Below, one piece after another: positions 20,500 to 30,255 of a DNA stretch of 64,000 nucleotides. The notes below the pieces were generated by a model, which worked only from the letters and a program-made list of their open reading frames with translations, was not told the origin of the DNA and did not search any database. Every line of letters starts with the position of its first letter. Position 1 is the stretch's first letter. The position numbers were made by a program, and so were the translations under genes. The stretch is from the IMG/VR virus record IMGVR_UViG_3300034158_000023, positions 62,001 through 126,000 of that record. One strand, given 5' to 3'.

Positions 20500-21489
20500 A
20501 TGTTCGGAATATGCCCAGATAAATTAGCACTAGTTGCTCGCTTGAAATCTTTAGATGTAACTATGTTCAGTAAGCACGAATGTACCACTATCAAATCTGC
20601 CATTACCTTTATTGCAGTTGAGTGTGTGATTCGCCCTCGTTCTGAATTGGCTCCTAGACTTCGTCAGATGCTGCCACTGAGCGACAAAGCTTTAGTTAAA
20701 GCCTTAGCTGGCTTTAACCTCAAAGTCTCCGCTATGGATCGTTTACGCGTTATGCGTGAACATGTAAAACACATGGATGGTTATTATCTTCCTAGCACTA
20801 AAGTGCTAAACGAGATGTATAACGATCTTAACATCCCAGATTACCCATTTGAGGATATCAACCAGATCCCTACAGAAAAGCAACGTGCTATTCTGATTAC
20901 CTCAGGGATTGCTGAGCAAGACATCAATTACGATCCTGCTAACGTAATGGGACCTGATGATTTGCATCCATCTATCAACATCGCTTTAGATGTGATTGAC
21001 AACATCTATTTCGAAAGTAACCCAGAAGACCAGCGCTTACGTAGTGCGTTAAAGAAAGCTAAACACCGCGTGTTGGTGTCTGGCATTCTAAACCCTAACA
21101 AAGCTATCCCAGGCTATTTCTTCCGTAACTTACGTGTTAAGAAAATGACTGAGATGATCAAAGCTGCTGAAGGATATGCTAACCATGCTAATGGCCATGA
21201 TGTTGCTAAAGTAATGGCAATCCATGTGGCTATGGCTGTTGGTTATACTACCCCAACTGCTCGCACTCACTCCACCGCTGCTCTGCAAACCTTGCAGTAC
21301 GATGTTAAGGATTTCGTAGATAACGTTTATCCTCTAACATCGCTATCTAAAATTCCTACTCAGGAACAATTAGATTGGCAAGCCAAGTACGGCTATGCTC
21401 AGAAGATCCAAACCCGCACTCCTAAAGTTTCTACTGGAGTAGAAGACAAGCTTGACAACAACGTACGTAAATTTGTACGTAAAGTGTAA
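20500..21489 (+). CDS. hypothetical early protein with internal repeat
   Basis: 329-aa ORF, promoter variant and ATAAAAGGAA leader. Confidence 0.85.
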   Translation: MFGICPDKLALVARLKSLDVTMFSKHECTTIKSAITFIAVECVIRPRSELAPRLRQMLPLSDKALVKALAGFNLKVSAMDRLRVMREHVKHMDGYYLPSTKVLNEMYNDLNIPDYPFEDINQIPTEKQRAILITSGIAEQDINYDPANVMGPDDLHPSINIALDVIDNIYFESNPEDQRLRSALKKAKHRVLVSGILNPNKAIPGYFFRNLRVKKMTEMIKAAEGYANHANGHDVAKVMAIHVAMAVGYTTPTARTHSTAALQTLQYDVKDFVDNVYPLTSLSKIPTQEQLDWQAKYGYAQKIQTRTPKVSTGVEDKLDNNVRKFVRKV

Positions 21490-21507
21490 TTACTTAAATA
21501 AAAGGAA

Positions 21508-21882
21508 ATGTCTATGCTAGCTACACCTATACTGATTATGGTTACTGTAATCAACCGAGCTGGTTGCCCAGCTTATCACAACGAATTTGGTTTTGGTATC
21601 GATTACACTGATAAAGAACTAGCCACTGCCTCTATCAGCTCAGTAATAAAAACTACTGAAACTTTACCTGTTCGTAACTTAACCTCTGTGCCTAAAGACT
21701 ATGTCGCAGATTTTAAACAGAAGTTTGAAGCATACGACTTTGAAAAAGCTATTGCCGAAGGTTGGGATAGTATTATTGAAAGTCCAGGGGAACATGTTGT
21801 AAAAGTCCAGATTGGTAATCTAGACATTATTCTAGAATACAATTATTCCCCTGTAGATGATTCCAACAAAGCGCTTCATTAA
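21508..21882 (+). CDS. hypothetical protein
   Basis: 124-aa ORF; start may be 21514. Confidence 0.8.
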   Translation: MSMLATPILIMVTVINRAGCPAYHNEFGFGIDYTDKELATASISSVIKTTETLPVRNLTSVPKDYVADFKQKFEAYDFEKAIAEGWDSIIESPGEHVVKVQIGNLDIILEYNYSPVDDSNKALH

Positions 21883-21905
21883 CATAAATGTAAAATGTGT
21901 TTTAT

Positions 21906-21928
21906 TTTACACAGAGTATCTATTATAT
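21906..21928 (+). repeat. 23-bp element identical to 63964-63986, probable promoter
   Basis: TTTACACAGAGTATCTATTATAT at both intergenic sites. Confidence 0.8.
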
Positions 21929-22040
21929 ACATCTTTACCTCTTGTAGCTCTGGCTCTAGGCGCTAGCCCATTTGCCGTAATATATAAAGAGAGATGTTTA
22001 CACTAGTATAATAGGGAGGGGATAAACCCTCCCGTTATGC
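21929..22040 (+). ncRNA. candidate small structured RNA
   Basis: No credible ORF between the putative promoter and the GGGAGGG/CCCTCCC terminator; ACATCT..CTCTT pairs with AAGAGAGATGT. Confidence 0.4.
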
Positions 22041-22073
22041 TGTCTTACTATTAAAATAAAAGGATTAAAGTAG

Positions 22074-23012
22074 ATGGAAAACACAAAAGACATATTGATG
22101 CATTCAATATTAAACCACCTGCCTACTGGTGTACCACTACTGGTATTAAGTGGAGGATTCGATAGTTCACTGATAGCACAGTTACTAGTGGAATCTAACC
22201 ATGTGTTCGATGTGGTGTACGTAGACTACGAGTCTACTGGTGCAAATAAACGAATTCGAGAAAAGAAAGCATACGAAACTATTTTAGCTAAGTATGAACA
22301 CAACATCAGGAATCACATCGTTCAGCCTATTGATGGGGTTTCAGCAAGAGCGGACATTAGGCTAAGGTATCAGCAACCATGGGCACACGCAACAGCTGCT
22401 GCTATAAATACTAAGCTAGATACTAGTTGTGTGTTAACTGGGATCCTCTTAACGGATGAGAACAAGTTCGATGACACTTTTAAGTTAGCGTACCTAGGAG
22501 CGTTACAAACCTTTCATCCGCAATACTGGTCTATGGACAATCATCCGAAGTGTTTATCTCCGCTTCGAAATGTAGAGAAAGCTAATGTCTTAGAAATGGT
22601 AAACCCCGACTTGGCTCAACACTTAACTTTTTGTGAGTCGTTTGGCGTAGATGACAATTGCGGGAAATGTAATTCCTGTAAAGCTTTCTACAGTACGCTT
22701 ATGAGAAAAACGATGCATACTCCCACTAAGGTAGTGTTGCTGCGTCAAGCTAACCGTATGGATGGGTTAATGCGTTATCTATACGCACTTAAACAGCTTG
22801 GGGATAACCTACTAATCGAACTAGGTATAAACCCTAACTGTAAAGCGTGGAAAGATATTGCCGATGAACATCTTAGTCGTCAGTTACCAGAAAAACCTCC
22901 TGAGGTTCACCCTGGGGATATAGGTCTACCAGCCGTAACTGACGTAATATTGGATAGAGCTCCGAAGGACTCTGCACTAGGAGAAGAATCATGCACGCCA
23001 CAATCCGTTTAG
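22074..23012 (+). CDS. QueC-like PP-loop ATPase (7-cyano-7-deazaguanine synthase family)
   Basis: LSGGFDS PP-loop and C-x8-CGKCNSC Zn cluster. Confidence 0.75.
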   Translation: MENTKDILMHSILNHLPTGVPLLVLSGGFDSSLIAQLLVESNHVFDVVYVDYESTGANKRIREKKAYETILAKYEHNIRNHIVQPIDGVSARADIRLRYQQPWAHATAAAINTKLDTSCVLTGILLTDENKFDDTFKLAYLGALQTFHPQYWSMDNHPKCLSPLRNVEKANVLEMVNPDLAQHLTFCESFGVDDNCGKCNSCKAFYSTLMRKTMHTPTKVVLLRQANRMDGLMRYLYALKQLGDNLLIELGINPNCKAWKDIADEHLSRQLPEKPPEVHPGDIGLPAVTDVILDRAPKDSALGEESCTPQSV

Positions 23013-23431
23013 TAGAACATATGCTAATGGCTCGTGTGCAGTATTGTGGTAACGCAATACTGTTAAGGGCATGCACAGACTCTCTGTATCGCCTCAGGAT
23101 GGATAGTATCATCACTCCTAAGCTTGCGGTACCAGATTACTTTTGCGAGGCTATAATCTCTTCTGATGATCAGCTGTTAAAAGAAGCTCATCGATACGTG
23201 TACAATGCAAATAAAGGACACGTAGTAATTTTAGTGAAGCGACATCTTAAATTAGTTGGGGTTCCTCAGCTAGCGCACAATTTAAAGTTGCCGCCCGCTA
23301 AATCCCCAGCCTTTGAAACTGGCTTAGGTATGTGGGGTATGTACCCTTTAACTCAAATGGTTAAAGACGTAGAACCACATCCAACTCAGATGCAGGTAGA
23401 CTTCCTGTATCAACATCGACTCATTGGGTAA
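22991..23431 (+). CDS. hypothetical protein
   Basis: 146-aa ORF, SD AGGAG. Confidence 0.75.
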   Translation: MHATIRLVEHMLMARVQYCGNAILLRACTDSLYRLRMDSIITPKLAVPDYFCEAIISSDDQLLKEAHRYVYNANKGHVVILVKRHLKLVGVPQLAHNLKLPPAKSPAFETGLGMWGMYPLTQMVKDVEPHPTQMQVDFLYQHRLIG

Positions 23432-23450
23432 CTCCAATGAAACGTAGTTA

Positions 23451-23458
23451 TATATTAC
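23451..23458 (+). promoter_or_regulatory. early promoter motif TATATTAC
   Basis: Exact motif in intergenic gap. Confidence 0.7.
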
Positions 23459-23503
23459 CTACGTGTATAAACATAACTAATCATATCTGCTTAGAGGGAC
23501 GCT

Positions 23504-23620
23504 ATGTCAAACCCGATTAGCCTTTATCCCAAGGATGAGATGTTTACATCTAACCTATTTGGAGCTCAGAATTATGCAACCATTACTAGCGACACAAACA
23601 CCCATGAACCACTCGGGTAA
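23504..23620 (+). CDS. 38-aa microprotein (not in ORF track)
   Basis: First ATG after the early promoter, SD AGAGGGA; MSNPISLYPKDEMF...EPLG. Confidence 0.45.
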   Translation: MSNPISLYPKDEMFTSNLFGAQNYATITSDTNTHEPLG

Positions 23621-24065
23621 ATATTTAAATGTATGCCAGGAAGTAGAAACTCTTTTAAAGGGAGTTAGATCAACTCCTAGAGTACCTGGCACCGTAAGTG
23701 TAAAGAAGATATCTACTGATATGCTTTACGCTGCACTAGACAGCTGCGATGCATTAGGCAACGGTGATCTGTATCATCGGGTAATGCAAACGCACAATGT
23801 ATTAGGATTTGAAAACCTAATAGTATACCACGGTATTATCTTAGGTAAAGAAGCTGACCTATCTCAGCTGCATGCGCCTAATGACCCTACGTCAATTCCG
23901 GTAAGGGGTATGATGATACCTAAAGGGTATGTTGTATACGCATTCATTCTGATCAAAGCTTTATTGCAACGATTAGAGTTAGTGAGTAATCGACAAACGT
24001 CAATCGTAGTTAAGATATTTCTGGGTAACACTTTATCCTACTTATCTTACTGCATAACTCAATAA
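23535..24065 (+). CDS. hypothetical protein (start uncertain, possibly 23604)
   Basis: 176-aa ORF. Confidence 0.7.
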   Translation: MRCLHLTYLELRIMQPLLATQTPMNHSGKYLNVCQEVETLLKGVRSTPRVPGTVSVKKISTDMLYAALDSCDALGNGDLYHRVMQTHNVLGFENLIVYHGIILGKEADLSQLHAPNDPTSIPVRGMMIPKGYVVYAFILIKALLQRLELVSNRQTSIVVKIFLGNTLSYLSYCITQ

Positions 24066-24144
24066 ACTGTAAAAAAATACTCACTCTCCTTATTACTTGA
24101 GTGAGTATTACTTTTGATACTCAAAATAAAAGGGAAACCGCAAC

Positions 24145-24618
24145 ATGTCTAAAGAATTAAGTCAAGAAGTAAAACTAGCCGCAGGTATTTTAGCAGAAGG
24201 TGTTACTGTTAATGCTGAAACTGGTGACGTTACATTCGCCAAAGAAGCCGTAGAAAAAGCTATCGAAGGTTTGTGTCTGACTGAAGCCTTAACTGTGTAT
24301 CAAAAGTCAATGCCTCTGCTGGTAGCTGCTGCTAAAGTCGCCACAGCTGAAAGTGCTAAGCCTGCGATGCAGTCTAATCCTGAATTGGCTGTAGCTGTTT
24401 CAAACATCAAAATGGGTACAGACACACTGAACACCAAGCTATATCGTTCACGTGAAAACTTTAACCCAGGCACTGGCACCAAAACAACTGCTCATTGGGG
24501 CACATCGTCATCCATTACCACAGTGGTGACTAAACCTAATGGTCAAAACAAACTCGCCGCAGCACACATCGCTGCAATGTATTCTGACATGGCTGCTGAC
24601 GTAACCATCGAAGCATAA
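24145..24618 (+). CDS. hypothetical protein
   Basis: 157-aa ORF, AAAATAAAAGGGA leader, own terminator at 24641-24671. Confidence 0.85.
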   Translation: MSKELSQEVKLAAGILAEGVTVNAETGDVTFAKEAVEKAIEGLCLTEALTVYQKSMPLLVAAAKVATAESAKPAMQSNPELAVAVSNIKMGTDTLNTKLYRSRENFNPGTGTKTTAHWGTSSSITTVVTKPNGQNKLAAAHIAAMYSDMAADVTIEA

Positions 24619-24682
24619 GTACAGGCGGTAATGTAAACTGAATAAAGGGGCTTCGGCTCCTTTATTTTTTTGGACTATCCCT

Positions 24683-25066
24683 ATGCGTTTATACACTTTA
24701 CAGATGGCAAAATGGCGTAAAGCTAAAGAGCTAGGCATTCCAGTTTTAGATACCACCGTTAAATCTGGAGAACTTACGTTTGCACCTAGTTGGCAAATAG
24801 TCAGAGCAGTTAAAGACGGCATATCGCTTAGTGGTATCCATGTATCACCAGAACAAGACTACATAGATCGGTATAAAGTACTGATGAATGAGAGTTGGCG
24901 TAACAACCAAGCCAGATGGTTAGAGGTTGCTGCGATGCCTGATGTGGCGCTTATGTGTTACTGTAAGGCAGGGGATTTCTGTCACCGTGTATTGCTTATT
25001 AAGTATTTTGAATCCCTGTGTGCCAAGTACGGAATCCCGTTCGAATACATGGGAGAGATACAATAA
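24683..25066 (+). CDS. DUF488-like protein
   Basis: FAPSW and LMCYC...FCHR motifs. Confidence 0.65.
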   Translation: MRLYTLQMAKWRKAKELGIPVLDTTVKSGELTFAPSWQIVRAVKDGISLSGIHVSPEQDYIDRYKVLMNESWRNNQARWLEVAAMPDVALMCYCKAGDFCHRVLLIKYFESLCAKYGIPFEYMGEIQ

Positions 25067-25098
25067 TATGTTAAACTACAACTATACGGGAAATAACC

Positions 25099-25656
25099 AT
25101 GACAAGTGATGAACTAAACTCCAGAATGGAATCACTGATTTCCGCCCTGCACGCTATAGAAAGTTCTAATATTGCAATCCCTTTGCGTCCTGAAGTGGAT
25201 TACGATGATGTAATTTTGATCGTAGCAGATAGCGATAATCGTCAATTACAAAGTTTAACGTTACTGAAAGAACGTTTCAGTAAATGTTATCGTGAGGATG
25301 TATCTATACCTGAAGTTATAGATTTCATTTCCTTGTTCGTGAATGCCTTGGATGTAGCGGCATTTTTAGGTAGTGAACTACTAGTCAATGGGGAACAACG
25401 ATTAGTGGCTTCTGCCGTGAAGAAATTGAAAGCTGCTGGGTTTACCATTGAGTCTCTTAACTGTATATTAGGGGAAGGTAAATCATACGTTGCTATCAGG
25501 ACGTCTAAAGGTTTAATCGTGGTACATTTAAACCATGAACACAACCACTCATACACCTCAGCGTTAGCGTGGAACGATGAACTCAACCAAGAGCGCATCC
25601 AACAACGAACTACGTGTGTAGGTTTCTGGGGTAAACTCCTGAACATGTTTAAATGA
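25099..25656 (+). CDS. hypothetical protein
   Basis: 185-aa ORF. Confidence 0.8.
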   Translation: MTSDELNSRMESLISALHAIESSNIAIPLRPEVDYDDVILIVADSDNRQLQSLTLLKERFSKCYREDVSIPEVIDFISLFVNALDVAAFLGSELLVNGEQRLVASAVKKLKAAGFTIESLNCILGEGKSYVAIRTSKGLIVVHLNHEHNHSYTSALAWNDELNQERIQQRTTCVGFWGKLLNMFK

Positions 25657-25765
25657 TACCTGTCATATCTGTAGGAGGTAGCCCTCCTACATATGCCGTC
25701 TCCAATCATTTGTAAATATATATAGTCATTGTGTTATAGAAACATAAAACAAAAGGAAATATGTA

Positions 25766-26395
25766 ATGAACGAAGCTATTCTTAAATTCGCCGCAACCTT
25801 TAAAGTAGCGGCTACCTCAGTAGATGAAGACGTAGCAGAGGATCGTGCAGCAGCCACGTTCCTAGGGTATGTGTTAGGTGACCCTGGTGCTATCGTAGCT
25901 AAACCGCCAGAGTATACTCCTCTGCAAACTATCCTGCGTGGGCTAAGATCTGCGTTGTTAATGCGTGTTGCACCGTTCTGCTTACACAAAATCGGTGATG
26001 GTCTATATGCTCATGCAACCGATACCAATGATGTACGTTTTTCTGAACTACACCGTTGTTGGGCTGATATGCGACAAGCCCTGTGGTTAAGCGCTCCTAA
26101 TGCCCCAGTGAAAATGTTAGATGCTGTGGCAGTAGAAGATGCGTTCCATCTGCTCTTCGATCTAATCTTTAATGATTATTTCATTGAAGAAGTCGATGAA
26201 GATGTATTGAAAGCGTTCCACAAGTATGCTGATGTAGCTAAAGAAATGGCCTATGACAACATGGGCGATATCGGGTTACAAGGCGATGCAGCAGAAGAGT
26301 TTGTAGAACAGCGTACTCGCGCTTTCAACACTCTGATGTTTATCTGTGAAAAAGAAGCAACCGCAGAACCAGTAAAAATGATGGACGCTAAGTAG
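25766..26395 (+). CDS. hypothetical protein
   Basis: 209-aa ORF, AAAACAAAAGGAA leader. Confidence 0.85.
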   Translation: MNEAILKFAATFKVAATSVDEDVAEDRAAATFLGYVLGDPGAIVAKPPEYTPLQTILRGLRSALLMRVAPFCLHKIGDGLYAHATDTNDVRFSELHRCWADMRQALWLSAPNAPVKMLDAVAVEDAFHLLFDLIFNDYFIEEVDEDVLKAFHKYADVAKEMAYDNMGDIGLQGDAAEEFVEQRTRAFNTLMFICEKEATAEPVKMMDAK

Positions 26396-26458
26396 TTAAA
26401 CTGTAGGGTCTAGGTATTAGACCCTATAACTGTGATTATTATTGAAAAGGAATTTATC

Positions 26459-26656
26459 ATGATTAACGTAACTGATTTTATCCGTCATCGTTTTAACCTG
26501 AGTGACTTCACTCAAATCCGTTTAGTAGAAGACAACATCATTGTACATGGTGTACGTATTGGTCGTATACATAACGCCCAAGATACTACATTGATAACAT
26601 TATCAGGTAGTGCCGAAGTAGTAGACTTAAACAAGTTCAGCAATTTATCCTATTAG
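26459..26656 (+). CDS. small hypothetical protein
   Basis: ATG 26459 after AAAAGGAA. Confidence 0.7.
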   Translation: MINVTDFIRHRFNLSDFTQIRLVEDNIIVHGVRIGRIHNAQDTTLITLSGSAEVVDLNKFSNLSY

Positions 26657-26672
26657 AATAAAAGGAAACTCC

Positions 26673-27251
26673 ATGAAATACCACGTATTAGATTTAAGCT
26701 TTTTAGAAGCACTTCAGTTAGGGATAGAACGTTATCTAACTTGCAAACGTAACATCACTCCAATTAATCTACTATCGCTGGATCCAGAAGTAGTAGAACG
26801 TGAGATGGCATTCACGTTGACGGAGTACCGTTTTAATGAAGATGTAAAAGCACCGTTCAATTACGTACTGTCACAGGTAATGAATAATACCTCTCGCATT
26901 GATGCAGGTAATGCTAATGTGATTGGGCAATTAATGTTAGCAGCGTTAAAAGCAGATGGTTGCTATGAACGCGATATCGAAGATGTGTACATGAGCAGAG
27001 TAGCAACTGCTGCAAGTTCAATGGCACATCTTTTAACTGGTGAGTCTAAGGAGTGCATGCGAGCGTGTATAATCTCCGAGGTTACCATTCGCACGTTATT
27101 TTCCTGTGGACTTAACAACACCCCTAAAACAGAAGACCGCTGCCATAAACACTTGGCGGTGTTTAATTTAAACGCAACACTAGATGCTGAAATCATGACT
27201 TCAGTTATGGATCGCATTGCTAAGATTGAAGCTATGTTTTTAGCCGAGTAA
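26673..27251 (+). CDS. hypothetical protein
   Basis: 192-aa ORF, AATAAAAGGAA leader. Confidence 0.85.
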   Translation: MKYHVLDLSFLEALQLGIERYLTCKRNITPINLLSLDPEVVEREMAFTLTEYRFNEDVKAPFNYVLSQVMNNTSRIDAGNANVIGQLMLAALKADGCYERDIEDVYMSRVATAASSMAHLLTGESKECMRACIISEVTIRTLFSCGLNNTPKTEDRCHKHLAVFNLNATLDAEIMTSVMDRIAKIEAMFLAE

Positions 27252-27260
27252 TATAAGGCG

Positions 27261-27298
27261 GCAAAAAGAGAGAGCTCAGGCTCTCTCTTTATTTTTTT
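27261..27298. terminator. bidirectional terminator between convergent genes
   Basis: AAAGAGAGAGC-TCAG-GCTCTCTCTTT with A tract and T tract flanks. Confidence 0.85.
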
Positions 27299-27303
27299 GC
27301 TTT

Positions 27304-28179
27304 TTATTGACTTACACGTTCATCTGCAATTTCACGTACAGAAGCAGCGTAACCGTTTTGAGCTTTGATATCAGCATCGATCTCACTGATAAAGGCTTCA
27401 CGGTTGTAAGTACTAACACCAGTTAATGAGATTTCATCCCATAGACGTTGTGCTAACAACTTAGGACCCATACCTACCTGCTGAATAGACGTGAATTCAA
27501 TACTGTGTTCAGTAGACTGACCAGCAGCAGTGATATCACGATCACCAATGTACTCACCAGAAGTTTTAGGCATCATGTTTGTAATCAAGAATGCTTTAAC
27601 AACTGTACGGTGCAATGGATCAAACTCAGCGTACAAGCAGCTAGCTGCTGTGTAGTCTGGTAACAAATCTGTAGGGCCACTACCGATATCGTAAAGTGAA
27701 GTAACTTCAGCAACACCAGTTTCAGCAACACCGATTAAATAGCGTACCCAACCATCGAAGAAAGCATGGATAGGCATACCGTATTTTTCGATGAACGTAT
27801 GCACAGGGATAGAACGTTCACGAGTAACTTTCGCGATATCTTCCTGCACTTCACCACCGGGGCCAATTTCGTTAGAAACGTATTCAACGTTCACGGTACC
27901 GTTCAAACCAGTAATCGTGCGTGAACCAGTTTCCATTAGCTTACGGAATGTGCGGTGCCATAAATCTGGATCAGGCAAATCGTTGAAACCACGTGGTGAG
28001 TTCAACACGAAGCACTGAAGCGGACGACGTACGTACGCAGAGTTAGATACATAACCTTTAAGGTCAGCAGCTAAACCCATTTGACCAGCTTTACTTCCGC
28101 CTACATCAACCGCTGGAGTGATCAGGGCACTACCATACCCAGTGCCAGGGGCTAACAGCGTATCTTGTAATCTACTCAT
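27304..28179 (-). CDS. tail tube protein (phiKZ gp30-like)
   Basis: 291 aa directly downstream of sheath; size and synteny fit phiKZ-like tube. Confidence 0.8.
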   Translation of the reverse strand: MSRLQDTLLAPGTGYGSALITPAVDVGGSKAGQMGLAADLKGYVSNSAYVRRPLQCFVLNSPRGFNDLPDPDLWHRTFRKLMETGSRTITGLNGTVNVEYVSNEIGPGGEVQEDIAKVTRERSIPVHTFIEKYGMPIHAFFDGWVRYLIGVAETGVAEVTSLYDIGSGPTDLLPDYTAASCLYAEFDPLHRTVVKAFLITNMMPKTSGEYIGDRDITAAGQSTEHSIEFTSIQQVGMGPKLLAQRLWDEISLTGVSTYNREAFISEIDADIKAQNGYAASVREIADERVSQ

Positions 28180-30230
28180 TATTTCAGATCCTCAAGACGA
28201 TGAGTGACAACTGTAGATGAAGCTACAGTTTTAGAATTGTTGCCATAGAAATGGATGCGGCAACTCCAGCTATAACCACGAGCATCATCAGCTGGCGTGT
28301 AGAATGTTTCAGGTATAAACACACCACGGCCATCAAAACGGAACTGGATGTACTGGTTAAGCAATTCGTTAGAACGCTTGATGAACTGATCGTTGGTTAG
28401 ACGAGCATTACCAGTTAAACGTTTCCACACTTGGAATGCAACAGTGTTAAGCTCACAGACGATCTGCATGTTGATGTCGTTGTTCAGGATAGAACTGTCA
28501 TCATCATAAACAGTTTGAACCGCAGGACAGAAAGCATCACGCGTATCAAAGTCTTCAAACCAAACAATACCGTTGTCCCAATCACGGTTACGTACGTTGG
28601 TAGGTTTATCTAAGTTCGTTAGATCCACCATGTACTTAACGCGGTTACCTGGATCCCCGTCATAAGCGTAGGCAGACTTCATCTTACCATCGCCAGCACC
28701 TAAGTACTTAGCACGCCAAATCGCAATCTCAAACACACCTGGCAAGAACTCTTCATAAGCTGAGTTAGCCAAACGACCTGCATGCGCAACTACGATACCA
28801 CGACAAGCGCTAGTACCGAAATAAGACGATTCAGGTTGAGAACGAATAGCCGCACGTAAACCGATACCTACAGAGGAGTCATCAGCAATACTGTTTAAAG
28901 GTGCGCCGAATGTCTGACAGGCTAAAGCAATGTGAGCGTTAGGACGCACAGCTAAGATCTTAGGGATCATAAGCTTAGTATCCATACCGAAGCCAGTGTC
29001 ATAGAACGCACTGAATGGGTAACGCGCTTTGTTGCCATACAGGTATTCACCTGAACCGAAGTTGCTTAACTTAGCAGCTACAGCAGCATCGAATGCTTCT
29101 AATGTAAGATCACCATCATTACCACCAGAGCAGTAATGGATTGATTCAGCATTCATGCTCACGCCACCATCTAACACGCCTTTAAGCACGAATGAGTGGT
29201 AAGCATAACCGCCAAGTGTACGACCTTGGAAAATGTCAGCTAAGAAAACATCTTCAGGAGCAGTGCTACCTAAATCAGATAATTCTTTTTCTGCATTGTA
29301 GATCAGACCAGAAACCATAGCTACGTTAGCATGGTAAGTGTAGATCGTTGAGAATGGACCAAACGCTGGAACACCAGTTGAACGATCTTTAAGATCACGG
29401 TAAGCTTTAAGCGCAACTTTATCAATAAACATTTCGCGATTAACACGAGCGTTTAATGTTTTAGGCTTAAGCATGAAATCTACAGAAGGAGCACCAGTTA
29501 AAGTGCGAACAACTACTGGTGAGGTACGTGGGTTAACACGTTCTACGATTTCCATGCGAACCAGCAAAGACTTCTCACTGATTACTAACTCTTCATCCAC
29601 AGGGCTAGTGCCAGTGTTATAAAGAGGATACATTTTAATACCGTAGTTGTCACCGAATTTACCGAATGAAGAAACTTCATATTCGAATAAAGGGATCAAA
29701 CGTGACTGTACTGCGCCATCAACTAAAGAACCAACAGTCTCTTGAGCAGTACCTAACGCGCCAGTTACTGGACGGATTACGTATTTGCCGACAAAACCTG
29801 GAACTGTAGTCCCAGTTGGAATTTTTGCTTTATCTGCATCTAACTCAAACGCACCAGATGGTAAACGTTGATAAGTTGGAACTTCAGTGGCTAACAGATC
29901 GATACACACTTGTAGTGTAGCTGTCTTAGCACCGTTGGGTTTGATGCGTTCAATCATACACGCGTTAGCGTTTTGATTCATTACATCTAACAAAGCTGTA
30001 GCGTGATTGTAGTAAGGGCTACTAGGATCAAATGTTTTTGCGCCTAGCATCACTTTCAAACCATCGCCATGTCCAATGAAAGGCGTTGTTTCACCACGTT
30101 CAGCGAGGGTGAAAATAAAAGGGGTGTGGATTGCGCGCGGTTCATCTACTGTTACAGGAGCGCGAGCAGAAACATCCTGCGTGCCTGTATAGTAGATGAA
30201 CGGCATTGCATTTTTAATATTGTCAGTCAT
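28179..30230 (-). CDS. contractile tail sheath protein (phiKZ gp29-like)
   Basis: 683 aa; YPFSAFYDTGF, TVYDDDSSIL, RGYSW motifs typical of phiKZ-type sheath. Confidence 0.88.
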   Translation of the reverse strand: MTDNIKNAMPFIYYTGTQDVSARAPVTVDEPRAIHTPFIFTLAERGETTPFIGHGDGLKVMLGAKTFDPSSPYYNHATALLDVMNQNANACMIERIKPNGAKTATLQVCIDLLATEVPTYQRLPSGAFELDADKAKIPTGTTVPGFVGKYVIRPVTGALGTAQETVGSLVDGAVQSRLIPLFEYEVSSFGKFGDNYGIKMYPLYNTGTSPVDEELVISEKSLLVRMEIVERVNPRTSPVVVRTLTGAPSVDFMLKPKTLNARVNREMFIDKVALKAYRDLKDRSTGVPAFGPFSTIYTYHANVAMVSGLIYNAEKELSDLGSTAPEDVFLADIFQGRTLGGYAYHSFVLKGVLDGGVSMNAESIHYCSGGNDGDLTLEAFDAAVAAKLSNFGSGEYLYGNKARYPFSAFYDTGFGMDTKLMIPKILAVRPNAHIALACQTFGAPLNSIADDSSVGIGLRAAIRSQPESSYFGTSACRGIVVAHAGRLANSAYEEFLPGVFEIAIWRAKYLGAGDGKMKSAYAYDGDPGNRVKYMVDLTNLDKPTNVRNRDWDNGIVWFEDFDTRDAFCPAVQTVYDDDSSILNNDINMQIVCELNTVAFQVWKRLTGNARLTNDQFIKRSNELLNQYIQFRFDGRGVFIPETFYTPADDARGYSWSCRIHFYGNNSKTVASSTVVTHRLEDLK

Positions 30231-30255
30231 CTGTTGAACTCCAGTGAAACTGCGG

